A stretch of 64,000 bases of DNA from a virus (IMGVR_UViG_3300009154_000029), one strand, 5' to 3'; numbered from the stretch's first letter, positions 49,026 through 58,599 are shown. Translations and numbers: made by a program. The notes: a model not told the origin generated them from the letters alone.

Positions 49026-49544
49026 AACTAAAAATCGTTCAATCAACCACTGGGGGATATGATCTATCTCATATAGAGAATTTATGGTAAACGGTGTTTT
49101 TTCTCCCCATTCATAAAATTTATCATCCAGATATGACGGAGCAGTAAAAGCTCTTCCCGTATAAAGAAAGTCAAAATCTATTCCATCAACTTTCGCTTTC
49201 TTGTATTTACTTAGCTCTATATTATTAGAATTCCTGAAATAAATGTGCAGACCAGAGTTAAGGCTCCTCTCATAGAACAAAGAGTCTAACGAAACCCCAA
49301 GTGAGCTAAGTATCCCCTTAAATTTCACAACAGAGTTTCTTGTGCCTTCCACATCTAGACAAACTAGATTGCTTACCCTTAGATTAATCGAAAGAAAATT
49401 AGAGTCTTTAATAATATCTGGAGATTCAGAACCGTTCACCAGATTTGAATGCCTGATGGTTTTCATAGATCCTCTCTGAGCCTCGCAAACTGAGACCTTT
49501 GTTAAAACACCTAAAGCATTCCATCTTTTAATATAATCTATCAT
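49017..49544 (-). CDS. PrimPol-like protein, copy 2 (inverted paralog of 46904..47425)
   Basis: CLDVEGT, NSGLHIYFRN, GIDFDFLYTGRAFTAPS. Confidence 0.45.
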   Translation of the reverse strand: MIDYIKRWNALGVLTKVSVCEAQRGSMKTIRHSNLVNGSESPDIIKDSNFLSINLRVSNLVCLDVEGTRNSVVKFKGILSSLGVSLDSLFYERSLNSGLHIYFRNSNNIELSKYKKAKVDGIDFDFLYTGRAFTAPSYLDDKFYEWGEKTPFTINSLYEIDHIPQWLIERFLVLQ

Positions 49545-49584
49545 GGCAAAGGAATATATATGTGAATCAAAATTACCGATGAAT

Positions 49585-50532
49585 ATGAAAAGAATTAAGA
49601 GGTTTGAGTTATTCTTAGAGAACGAAGAAAAGAAGACTGGCTATAAGCTTTTTTATTTTAAAACAGAAGCAAATGAAGACTATGGTTATCCAATCCTTTC
49701 TGAAGTCGACGAGGACGATTTATATAGGAGGAATGGTTCATGGAAATCCCCAAATAGCATTGATGAGCTTCATGACGAGTATGTTAACGCAAACAATGGA
49801 CCAATCCATGGCTCAGATGGGTGGGAAAGTCTCAATTATAGCATACAGAAGTATCAAGATGCAAAAGACCAAAATGACGAGGAAGAGATGGCAGAATGTC
49901 TTGAAAAAATTGAAGATTGTCTTTTAGATTTTGGACTTGACGATGCTGATGCAGAAAGAGTTGCGAATGAGCCAGATTATTATGATGAAATGACTACAAA
50001 GTATATTAATGACACATTTCAACAATGGAAAAATGCATATTACCCATTCGACTCATCTTGGAATTTTCTGTGCATAGATCTAAATGGTGGGGGAGAATAC
50101 TCTAATAGATGGGATGACAACTCTATAGATGGAAATCTTTGGACTACTATCGCTTCATTGATTGGCTCTGCCGTTATCCCATTAGCTTATTCGAATGATA
50201 GTGATTATTTTCATATATTAACTTCGGATAACGAATTCATAAAAACAAAATTCACAAAGTCAAATAGTCCAGAAAAGATTGCATCAGGATTTATAGCTGA
50301 TCCAGAATCTCATAAAATGGTAAGTGATATGATCTCAAAAATGGAAAATACAGGGAAAAAGAATTTTCTACCAAAAGCACCTTTAGATATACTTGATGCT
50401 TATTTTAAGGAGAATCCCTTAGATCTGTATATGATAGCTGACCATCCACAACTTAAGGATGAGGTTCTAAAAAGAACAGGCCTAAAGGACTTTTCAAGAT
50501 TAGGACAAACTATAGATAAAGGAATACTTTAA
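49585..50532 (+). CDS. acidic protein with family C-terminal tail; start at MKRIKRFELFLE
   Basis: internal ATG 49585 gives CTS-like N-terminus; tail YFKENPLDLYMIADHPQLKDEVLKRTGLKDFSRLGQTIDKGIL. Confidence 0.5.
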   Translation: MKRIKRFELFLENEEKKTGYKLFYFKTEANEDYGYPILSEVDEDDLYRRNGSWKSPNSIDELHDEYVNANNGPIHGSDGWESLNYSIQKYQDAKDQNDEEEMAECLEKIEDCLLDFGLDDADAERVANEPDYYDEMTTKYINDTFQQWKNAYYPFDSSWNFLCIDLNGGGEYSNRWDDNSIDGNLWTTIASLIGSAVIPLAYSNDSDYFHILTSDNEFIKTKFTKSNSPEKIASGFIADPESHKMVSDMISKMENTGKKNFLPKAPLDILDAYFKENPLDLYMIADHPQLKDEVLKRTGLKDFSRLGQTIDKGIL

Positions 50533-50589
50533 TCTACGTGGTCCTATTTAAATCAGGATATATAAAGTGCAAAATAATACTCGTAAAAT

Positions 50590-52257
50590 TTGAAGCTCCC
50601 TAAGAAATATCTCACATCTAATCCCAATATCATGAAAAGGGAAATAAAAAAACATGGCGATAAGAAGGATGATGATCCCTCTGCATACAAGGACTGGGAT
50701 GCTGACTATAAAAGTGGAAAGGCAGGAAAGGGTAAAGCAGTTCCAACCAAAAAGAGCAAGTACACAAAAAAGTACAAAGAGATGTTTGGAGAGAACGAGA
50801 GTGCGGGGAAAGACAGAATAATGGACTTCGAAACGTTCACAGTTGAAAACTTGGATGAAGCCTCTAAGATGAGTAAGGATAGTCCAGTTTATAAATCACT
50901 TAAAAAAAAGGCAAAAAAATCAGGATTCCCTTTATCGATTCTTAGAGAAGTGTGGAGCAGAGGGTATGCTGCTTGGAAGAATGGACACGTCCCAGGAACA
51001 ACACCTCAGCAGTGGGCAATGGCTAGAGTCAATTCTTTTATTGTTGGGGGCAGAACCACAGAAATGAGCGATAAGGCTCTTTATAAGAGAGCTAAGAAAT
51101 CAAAACGTGTTAATGAGAGTCAGGAACACCAAGAACTTACTGAGGAGCAAATTGCATGGCTTAATGGAAAAGTTAAAAAGGATTCAACATGGACATTGAA
51201 TCCACAAACAGGACTTGTTGATATTAACGGTAGCTTTAGTTGCGCTGTCTATTTTCCTACGCCAAAAAACAAGGCACTTCATGGAATTAGATTCGGAAAT
51301 GTGACTGGATCTTTTGACTGTAGCTCTTGTTACCTGCTATCCCTTGAAGGAACCCCCCGTACTGTTGGTGTTGATTTCGAGTGCTCGAATAACCCATTAG
51401 ATTCATTGGAAGGTGGACCATTAGAAGTTGGTAGAGATTTTAAATTTTATGCGACAAAGGTCACGTCTTTGGAAGGAGCACCAAAAATTGTTGGTCGTGA
51501 TTTCATATGCACAAGTAGTAAGTTGGTTACACTTAAAGGTGCACCCCAAACTATTATGGGAAAATTTGAGTGTAAAGGAAACGAGTTAGAGACTTTAGAA
51601 GGAGGACCTGAAATAGTAAATGGAACTTTTGATTGCGATGGGAATAAGCTTCAGTCGCTAAAAGGCGGACCTAGAGTGGTTGGAACGTATTACCAGTGTT
51701 GTAGTAACGATCTTCTCTCTTTAGAAGGAGCACCCGAAAAAGTTGGACATTTCTTCTGTAGAGGAAATAAAAATCTAACTTCTCTAGAAGGAGCTTCGAA
51801 TATGGAAACTGACGGTTATTTTAATTGTAGCGGAAATAATTTAACATCTTTAAAGGGATCGCCCAAAAAAGTTGGATGGTATTTTGATTGCACTAATAAT
51901 CCTCTTGAGACCCTCGAGGGGGTAACAATGGAGATAGGAGGTAAGTTTCGTTGTGATTCATTTGCTACTATTGACGGACAATGGAATGTTGGGGGTTGGC
52001 TGAATGTGTTAGAAAGAAAAACTGAAAGCACTAGAAACAACACAGAAGATCCATTACAAATAATAAATCTCGAGGATTCTAAAAAGCTAATTCTAACCAT
52101 ACTGTCTGACGATGTTGTTGATCAATATTTCAAAGAGAATCCATTTGAAATCGGTATTCTAGACAATTTACCTGAATTTAAGGAGAAGGTACTTAAGAGA
52201 ACTGGGCTTAGGGACCTATCTATTTTAGGAAAGGCACTTAGCAAAGGTATGCTTTAA
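50590..52257 (+). CDS. LRR-like repeat protein, conserved-C-tail family (555 aa, ~10 repeats)
   Basis: 22-aa repeats LxSLEGAPxxVGxxFxCSxNxL; tail YFKENPFEIGILDNLPEFKEKVLKRTGLRDLSILGKALSKGML. Confidence 0.6.
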   Translation: MKLPKKYLTSNPNIMKREIKKHGDKKDDDPSAYKDWDADYKSGKAGKGKAVPTKKSKYTKKYKEMFGENESAGKDRIMDFETFTVENLDEASKMSKDSPVYKSLKKKAKKSGFPLSILREVWSRGYAAWKNGHVPGTTPQQWAMARVNSFIVGGRTTEMSDKALYKRAKKSKRVNESQEHQELTEEQIAWLNGKVKKDSTWTLNPQTGLVDINGSFSCAVYFPTPKNKALHGIRFGNVTGSFDCSSCYLLSLEGTPRTVGVDFECSNNPLDSLEGGPLEVGRDFKFYATKVTSLEGAPKIVGRDFICTSSKLVTLKGAPQTIMGKFECKGNELETLEGGPEIVNGTFDCDGNKLQSLKGGPRVVGTYYQCCSNDLLSLEGAPEKVGHFFCRGNKNLTSLEGASNMETDGYFNCSGNNLTSLKGSPKKVGWYFDCTNNPLETLEGVTMEIGGKFRCDSFATIDGQWNVGGWLNVLERKTESTRNNTEDPLQIINLEDSKKLILTILSDDVVDQYFKENPFEIGILDNLPEFKEKVLKRTGLRDLSILGKALSKGML

Positions 52258-52265
52258 AGATAAGA

Positions 52266-53234
52266 ATGAGAAACTTAAAAACATATAAATTATTCGAGAA
52301 ATCACAAGAGATCACACCAGAGCAGAGGGAGTGGCTGGACACCTGCTCAACGGCAGGGAATAGACATTCAAAATGGTCAATAAATCCACTAGGAATGATT
52401 GATGTTGATCATGATTTTTATGCACATGGATCTAATGGAACAAGGTTTTCATCCAATCTAAGAAAGAATCTCACAGGATTTCTTGGATTAAAATTCGGAA
52501 AGGTTTGGGGGGGTTTCTTTGTTAATGACACTGCAATTACTACATTGGAGGGAAGTCCATCTGATGTTGGAGGATCCTTCCACTGTGAGCAGAACAGTTT
52601 GGAATCACTTGAAGGAGCTCCTGAAAGGGTGGGAAGAAATTTCGTTTGTAGTGGGAATACAACACTAAAATCTTTAAAAGGAGCACCTCGGGAGATTGGA
52701 TATGAACACACTTACGACGAGAATGATCTATATCCATCAGTATTTGATTGCTCACTTTGTGATTTAAAGAATCTAGAGGGAAGTCCAGAGTATATACCTG
52801 GTGATTTCAAATGCGAGGGAAATCCACTAGTATCTCTTAAGGGAGCACCTAGAGTTATAGAAAGAAACTTTTATACCAGAACCGGATTAGGTGAACTTAA
52901 ATCACTATACGGAGCTCCTGAAAAAGTAGGGGGTAGCTTTATATGTAATGACTTCACTTTGTATAATGGAACATGGGGAACCTCAGAATCATACACAAAG
53001 CTCTTTTTAGGAGTTGAAGACGATGACTGTAAAATATACGCTAGTTCAGAGAGAATGAAATTGTTGATGACACCTTATGTTACTGACGATTTAGTCGACT
53101 CATTCTTTAAGGAGAATCCACTAGAGATTGGTCTTCTAGACGGTTATCCAGAAATTAAAGCTGAAGTTCTCAAAAGAACAGGACTAAGAGACATGTCATC
53201 ATTAGGACAAGCTCTAAGAAAAAAAATGATATAA
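52266..53234 (+). CDS. LRR-like repeat protein, conserved-C-tail family (MRNLKTYKLFEK)
   Basis: repeats plus tail FFKENPLEIGLLDGYPEIKAEVLKRTGLRDMSSLGQALRKKMI. Confidence 0.6.
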   Translation: MRNLKTYKLFEKSQEITPEQREWLDTCSTAGNRHSKWSINPLGMIDVDHDFYAHGSNGTRFSSNLRKNLTGFLGLKFGKVWGGFFVNDTAITTLEGSPSDVGGSFHCEQNSLESLEGAPERVGRNFVCSGNTTLKSLKGAPREIGYEHTYDENDLYPSVFDCSLCDLKNLEGSPEYIPGDFKCEGNPLVSLKGAPRVIERNFYTRTGLGELKSLYGAPEKVGGSFICNDFTLYNGTWGTSESYTKLFLGVEDDDCKIYASSERMKLLMTPYVTDDLVDSFFKENPLEIGLLDGYPEIKAEVLKRTGLRDMSSLGQALRKKMI

Positions 53235-54610
53235 TGGGAAAACACATTTTAAGCGCAGCAGAATTCTTTCTGAATGAGGGGACAATCAACGATCCATCAG
53301 ATTGGCCAGATAACTGGAAAGACATGCCTGAATGGACACAACTCCAGGAGCTTGGATTTACTGACGCCACCACGCCGCAAATGGCCAAGAACGGTAGCAT
53401 TCTTCTCATGAACTTTGCCATTCCACACTATCCAGGAGGTATAACACTTCAACAATCAGGGTACATTAGAAATAAGTTGGCATCTTCAGGATTCATTAAA
53501 AATTATCGTGATAGCTTTACACTTAAGCAAATGTTTGACTACCTTATAGAGAAATTCACTAAGCTCTCAAAAAAAGGAATAGAAAGAAACCCAGAGCATG
53601 GTGATCTTCCAGATCCAACAGTTGCATTCTTAAATAAGGTGGTTAATGGATCTTGGAGTTTTAACCAGGAAACTCAAAGAATTGACGTTGAAGGTAATGT
53701 TAACATGTCCATGATCAAATCTATACCCGAGGGGATCAGATTCGGAAACGTTTTGGTTCATTTCGTTTGTAATAATATGGGACTTACCAATTTAGATATT
53801 GCTCCGATATATGTTGGTGGATATTTTGACTGCTCGAGTAATAAACTCACCTCGCTAGAGGGAGGACCTGAAAGAGTGGACGGAAATTATGACTGCTCAC
53901 TCAATAAGCTCACAACATTAAGGGGTGCTCCAGAATATTGTGCACACTCATTTGTCTGCAGTTCTAATAAATTAGAAACGCTAGAGGGATGTCCGAAAGA
54001 AGTGGGTAGGAGATTTGATTGTTCAAAAAATCCTCTGAAATCCCTTATTGGCTCTCCTGAGATGAATCCTGAAAGCCAATTTTTTGCAGATCGAACCCTC
54101 ATTAACAATCTAAGTGGAATGCCTGAAGTTGGTGAGGTGACAATTGAGGCATGTAAAAATCTCAAATCTTTAAGGGATTTACCCCAAAGTGTTTATTCCA
54201 TATATCAGGGGGGTATGTCAATCTTTATTAATAAAGGAGGGAATAGATCAGGTGGCAATTTTTCAAGATCATATATTCTTGAAGCAATAGCACAGCTTAT
54301 TTCTTATAGGAATGAAGCTATCACCAGTGATCGTTATTCTAATACTCAGATCCCAGATATAGAAAGAGGCGGATACACCATACACACTAATATATACAAT
54401 TGGAATTCTACACCAAAGGAAAGGGAAAGGGGATTTACTCTTTTTATGACACTTCTAGACAATGACTTCTTAGATCAATACTTCAAAGAAAATCCTATGG
54501 ATATCAATATATTAAATGCATTGCCTGATGTTAAAGCCGGGGTATTACAAAGAACTGGTATAAAAGACTACTCCAAACTAGCAGCAGCTCTAAGAAGCGG
54601 TATGGTTTAA
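53234..54610 (+). CDS. LRR-like repeat protein, conserved-C-tail family (paralog of 36589..37731)
   Basis: shared N-domain, repeats CSSNKLTSLEGGPERVDGNYD etc., tail YFKENPMDINILNALPDVKAGVLQRTGIKDYSKLAAALRSGMV. Confidence 0.6.
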   Translation: MGKHILSAAEFFLNEGTINDPSDWPDNWKDMPEWTQLQELGFTDATTPQMAKNGSILLMNFAIPHYPGGITLQQSGYIRNKLASSGFIKNYRDSFTLKQMFDYLIEKFTKLSKKGIERNPEHGDLPDPTVAFLNKVVNGSWSFNQETQRIDVEGNVNMSMIKSIPEGIRFGNVLVHFVCNNMGLTNLDIAPIYVGGYFDCSSNKLTSLEGGPERVDGNYDCSLNKLTTLRGAPEYCAHSFVCSSNKLETLEGCPKEVGRRFDCSKNPLKSLIGSPEMNPESQFFADRTLINNLSGMPEVGEVTIEACKNLKSLRDLPQSVYSIYQGGMSIFINKGGNRSGGNFSRSYILEAIAQLISYRNEAITSDRYSNTQIPDIERGGYTIHTNIYNWNSTPKERERGFTLFMTLLDNDFLDQYFKENPMDINILNALPDVKAGVLQRTGIKDYSKLAAALRSGMV

Positions 54611-54643
54611 TAGTATTAAAAATTTAAATAGATATATAATTAT

Positions 54644-55222
54644 ATGAAGCATATCCATGACTACCATATATTCGAGAGCACTACCAGCAAGAATCTTGTC
54701 TCCCCCTCACTCTCACCGATTACAACCTACTTCGAGACCGCACAGGGATCCAAGTATCTTCTCTCACAGAAGGGAGAGACCAAGAGGTGGAAAAGCTCAC
54801 ACGCCAACACAGGAGGGGAAGATCAAGGGCTAAAGTCCTGGTATCCCAACTCCATGTTTGTACCTGAGGATAGTCTAGATGCTATGATGGCTTACGAGCA
54901 CTTATTAGATAAAGGATACAGAATATCACTCTCCAAGACCCAGAACGGCAAGCAGGTCTGGATCATTCTTAAAGATGGTGCGTGGACACCAGCTCTCTAC
55001 TCCGACGCATTCCCAACATATAGCAGACTGAACCCAGATAAAGCATCTAAGCCACTAGCTTTCACTAGCTACTCAACGCCATCTCTAGGCATGATGGCTG
55101 TGGAGTACAAACAGGAATCTAATGGACTGATCAGAAGCTTCCATCCTGGTTCTCCAGTCTCCAAGGTGCTACCTATAGATCAGGCTGATCCTAAGGATCT
55201 GTTCTACTTTGGCATTAAATAA
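54644..55222 (+). CDS. hypothetical protein in GC-richer island (MKHIHDYHIFE)
   Basis: ORF track; composition shift. Confidence 0.45.
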   Translation: MKHIHDYHIFESTTSKNLVSPSLSPITTYFETAQGSKYLLSQKGETKRWKSSHANTGGEDQGLKSWYPNSMFVPEDSLDAMMAYEHLLDKGYRISLSKTQNGKQVWIILKDGAWTPALYSDAFPTYSRLNPDKASKPLAFTSYSTPSLGMMAVEYKQESNGLIRSFHPGSPVSKVLPIDQADPKDLFYFGIK

Positions 55223-55296
55223 TTCAGGGTCTAAGAAAAGCCACTATCTAATCTTATATTCACAATTCATCCGAGCTTATTCCGTATATTTGGATT

Positions 55297-55755
55297 ATGA
55301 TTAAATCTAAATCAAAGGGGGAAGATCTCGATAATAACTCCTATTTATGGGAACTCCTTAGGGAGGAGTATCTAGAGGAGCTCTACTCAAGGGTAAGCTC
55401 ATCCGATCTCTTCCTGCCCAAAAGATTTCTCTGGGAGCACGTTATCTGTTTAGTTTCTTATCGCGATCTTCCATCTAGTGTGAACGTGGACAAAGCCATC
55501 TACGAGAAGAAGGTGGAGCACTATCGACAGAAGGTCACAGGTCAGCCTCAGCACTCATTTAATGTATTTATGGCCGAAATAGCCGATAGAATGAATGGAT
55601 ATGACGGGTACGTTCTCGCCGAATGGAATATTGGAATGGAATCAGTGGAGGGATATATGAAGAAATTTGGGGTGGATAGGGACACGGCTTTGAAGATGAA
55701 GAGTCTATACGAGGACTCACCCCTTATAGAGATGGAATGGAAGCAAGTCAAATAG
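55297..55755 (+). CDS. hypothetical protein, paralog of 60185..60610
   Basis: shared EGYM..GVDR..ALK.KSLY....E.EW..V C-terminal blocks. Confidence 0.45.
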   Translation: MIKSKSKGEDLDNNSYLWELLREEYLEELYSRVSSSDLFLPKRFLWEHVICLVSYRDLPSSVNVDKAIYEKKVEHYRQKVTGQPQHSFNVFMAEIADRMNGYDGYVLAEWNIGMESVEGYMKKFGVDRDTALKMKSLYEDSPLIEMEWKQVK

Positions 55756-55863
55756 AACAATCTGCTAAATGATCTGCCCGACTTAAAGGCGGGGGTTCTG
55801 AAGAGAACTGGTCTTAAAGACATGAGCGCTCTAGTCAAAGGTCTAAAAGGGGGAATGTTTTAA
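55756..55863 (+). pseudogene. orphan copy of the family C-terminal tail (NNLLNDLPDLKAGVLKRTGLKDMSALVKGLKGGMF), in frame directly after the TAG stop of 55297..55755
   Basis: manual translation of codons from 55756; no start codon; 35 codons then TAA at 55861-55863. Confidence 0.5.
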
Positions 55864-55874
55864 TTAACCTCTTA

Positions 55875-58160
55875 TCAATTTTTTACAAATCTGTAAATTT
55901 TTGAACCGCTTGTTAGACTTAACAAAAGGATATATGTTCCTGACGATATCACAGAGGTATTTACAACCACTATATTACTCCCCTTAGATAGACGTATTTT
56001 ATTTCTGTATACTATTCTTCCCATCGCATCTATAACATTCACATTTGAGAATTGAGCGGATTCTGAAAAAAAATTTATTCTGTATACATCTTTAACAGGA
56101 TTAGGGGATCCCTCATTAGAGGAAGATCTTACTAGAACTGTAGCAGTTGAAATCTTTGTTAATAAAGCTGATCCATAGGCAGGGATTGTAATGGTTCCAA
56201 TATAGTTATTACCATATACATCTCTGTATGTACCATCCAATGTAGTGACAACAGGGGCATTAGTAGTATTATAAAAAGGAATAAATGTTGTTGTAGGAAT
56301 AGCTACACTTGCGGCATCCCCAGCTATAAATGTTTTCCAGGCAGTCAGTTTCAAACTTGCGGGATCTACAAATGTACCACCAGAGGTAAGATGGTAATAG
56401 TAGTCAAATGGATTGGTTACGTCATCTCTGTAGTAGTTGCTATCAAATACAGCAATCAATCTCATATCATTCTGGATAGTGATTGTTGTAGGAGTATTTA
56501 ACGCACCGTTCCAGTAAAAGAAGTTTTTTTGAGAGGTGGTTGATGGATATATGACATTTTTCTTAACCGTATTGTTTCTCACCTGAGATGTGTCGCTAGG
56601 AAGCCTGTTCATAGAAATACAATCTGTACTGTTATACACCATGTTGGTACGAATATTAACTCTCTTACTATTATTAAGAAATATTCCCTCTCCATTTGTA
56701 GAAGAAACTGAATTACTTGTAATGTTTACATCACTAGCTCCATCTATATAAATACCCCTAGCATCTCCGGTAGTTGTGCTAGTACCAGCTGCTGCTCCCA
56801 CTGTAGTGATAATGATATTATTAGAAATTGTTCTGTTTGTCTTGCCTAAACCTGTGTAAGTGTAAATAGCTCCACCGTCATTCTTCTCACTATTAGTATT
56901 AGTGATATAGTTTTTGTCTACAAGCACATTACCACCCTTCCAATCAATACCATTGAAGCCAATACTATCTATTCTGTTATTAGTAATTGTTACCCCAAGC
57001 CCATCTACAAACACAGCAGCACCTTGTCCATCATCACCTGATCTACCCATTCCGGGGATAAGTCCACACTTAGAAATGGTATTAAACCTAACAGTAACAG
57101 CCCTATCTGCTCTCCCCTGAAGACGAACCCCAGTGTTAAGGCAGTTCTTTATTGTGCTGGACTCAACCAATGCATTCGCCACATACCACATCTTTACAGC
57201 ATCAAAGTTGTACTCAAATTCGCAATTAGATACGGTGATGTTGCTAGCATCCTTTGCTATTAAAGCAGCATAACCAGCTCCGGTAAATCTAAGGTAACTA
57301 AACTTAATATTACTCCTTGCTGTTCTCCCACCGTATCCACCGCAGTGAACCAATGTATCTTGTGCACTCACTTTAATGGTATAACTAGCTGGATTGAGAT
57401 TGCCAAAGTACACTTGTAATGTTTTCCCTGAATTGTTCCAATACCACTCCCCAAAACTGTCAAGAGTCCTGATGTCATCCTGAAAAAAGAACCCGTAATT
57501 AGCTTTCCCGGGATAGGTGTTAGTAACACCTGACCAAATATCACCACTAGCTGGAGCTGGGTTTCTATAGCTCACCTTTGTACCAACTTGGCTTTTAACT
57601 CTTCCTGTATCTAAAATCCATCTCTCTTTCCTTACAATAATCTGAGCTCCTGTCCAGTTAGTTGTGCTTAACTGACTGCTAGTCAAACTGGTATCTCCAG
57701 CTGAAAGTGTACCCACTGACTGATAGGTTAGATATCCCTTATTTGTTGCTGTGTAATTAGGGAATCTACCCATTCCTGTCAGAACACCATTAACCGTTAC
57801 TATCGAAGCTCTACTCGGATCACTGGTTATAGGGTTACTACTGTAGATGCCCACCCCTGAAAGAGTCCATCCTGTAACAGTTACAAATCCGGTAATCTCA
57901 GGAAGGCTTCCTGTACCATAAGCATTAAACACTAGGTTGTCTCTATTGGGAATAAGCTTTCCCTGAAACACATCCCCTCGTTTAAAAGAAATGGTGTCAC
58001 CAGAAGCAAAGGTGGCTGTGTTCACCTTATTTAGTGACTGCCACGGAGCGCCCAATGTGCCAGCATTAGCATCATTTCCCGTGCTTGATGATACGTAATA
58101 ATTCTTTGCCTGTGCTCCTAGGGACGACAAAATGATAAGGTAAAAAATCAGGGCTCTCAT
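55875..58160 (-). CDS. secreted right-handed beta-helix protein with T9SS C-terminal sorting domain
   Basis: signal peptide MRALIFYLIILSSLGAQA, parallel beta-helix-like repeats, C-terminal ~80 aa with Por-secretion CTD pattern. Confidence 0.6.
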   Translation of the reverse strand: MRALIFYLIILSSLGAQAKNYYVSSSTGNDANAGTLGAPWQSLNKVNTATFASGDTISFKRGDVFQGKLIPNRDNLVFNAYGTGSLPEITGFVTVTGWTLSGVGIYSSNPITSDPSRASIVTVNGVLTGMGRFPNYTATNKGYLTYQSVGTLSAGDTSLTSSQLSTTNWTGAQIIVRKERWILDTGRVKSQVGTKVSYRNPAPASGDIWSGVTNTYPGKANYGFFFQDDIRTLDSFGEWYWNNSGKTLQVYFGNLNPASYTIKVSAQDTLVHCGGYGGRTARSNIKFSYLRFTGAGYAALIAKDASNITVSNCEFEYNFDAVKMWYVANALVESSTIKNCLNTGVRLQGRADRAVTVRFNTISKCGLIPGMGRSGDDGQGAAVFVDGLGVTITNNRIDSIGFNGIDWKGGNVLVDKNYITNTNSEKNDGGAIYTYTGLGKTNRTISNNIIITTVGAAAGTSTTTGDARGIYIDGASDVNITSNSVSSTNGEGIFLNNSKRVNIRTNMVYNSTDCISMNRLPSDTSQVRNNTVKKNVIYPSTTSQKNFFYWNGALNTPTTITIQNDMRLIAVFDSNYYRDDVTNPFDYYYHLTSGGTFVDPASLKLTAWKTFIAGDAASVAIPTTTFIPFYNTTNAPVVTTLDGTYRDVYGNNYIGTITIPAYGSALLTKISTATVLVRSSSNEGSPNPVKDVYRINFFSESAQFSNVNVIDAMGRIVYRNKIRLSKGSNIVVVNTSVISSGTYILLLSLTSGSKIYRFVKN

Positions 58161-58419
58161 TTATAGATTTTATTTTTTATGTTATATCTATTTTTCTTAC
58201 CCTTATTATCAGAATTTTATTGAGGATTTGTTGCATATTCTCAAATATTATGAGAAATATGAGCTTTCTAGTCAAGAGTCTACTGCGGTGCTTTCCAGAC
58301 AGGGATGGTGCTAGTGTCAGAGGGTATTTAGCTAAACCCCATGGGGTCGCAAAAAACACGGATTTCATCAGATTCACTCCGGGCTCCTGCCGTACATTTA
58401 CAATATTAATATAAAAGTT

Positions 58420-58599
58420 ATGAATAACGAACAGCATCCATTAGAAAATACACTACAGAACTTAAAGGATTTTAGAGAAGCATTAATTAACTTTAGTGCT
58501 CCTGAAAATGTAGATGGATGGTCTCTATCAAATTTGCCAACCCATTTTTGGGAAACTATTGGTGAATGTATAAATGATATTGAGCAGCATATAAAATAG
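58420..58599 (+). CDS. small hypothetical protein (59 aa, MNNEQHPLEN...)
   Basis: manual ORF; shares start context aaagttATGAATAACGAA with the next gene. Confidence 0.3.
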   Translation: MNNEQHPLENTLQNLKDFREALINFSAPENVDGWSLSNLPTHFWETIGECINDIEQHIK

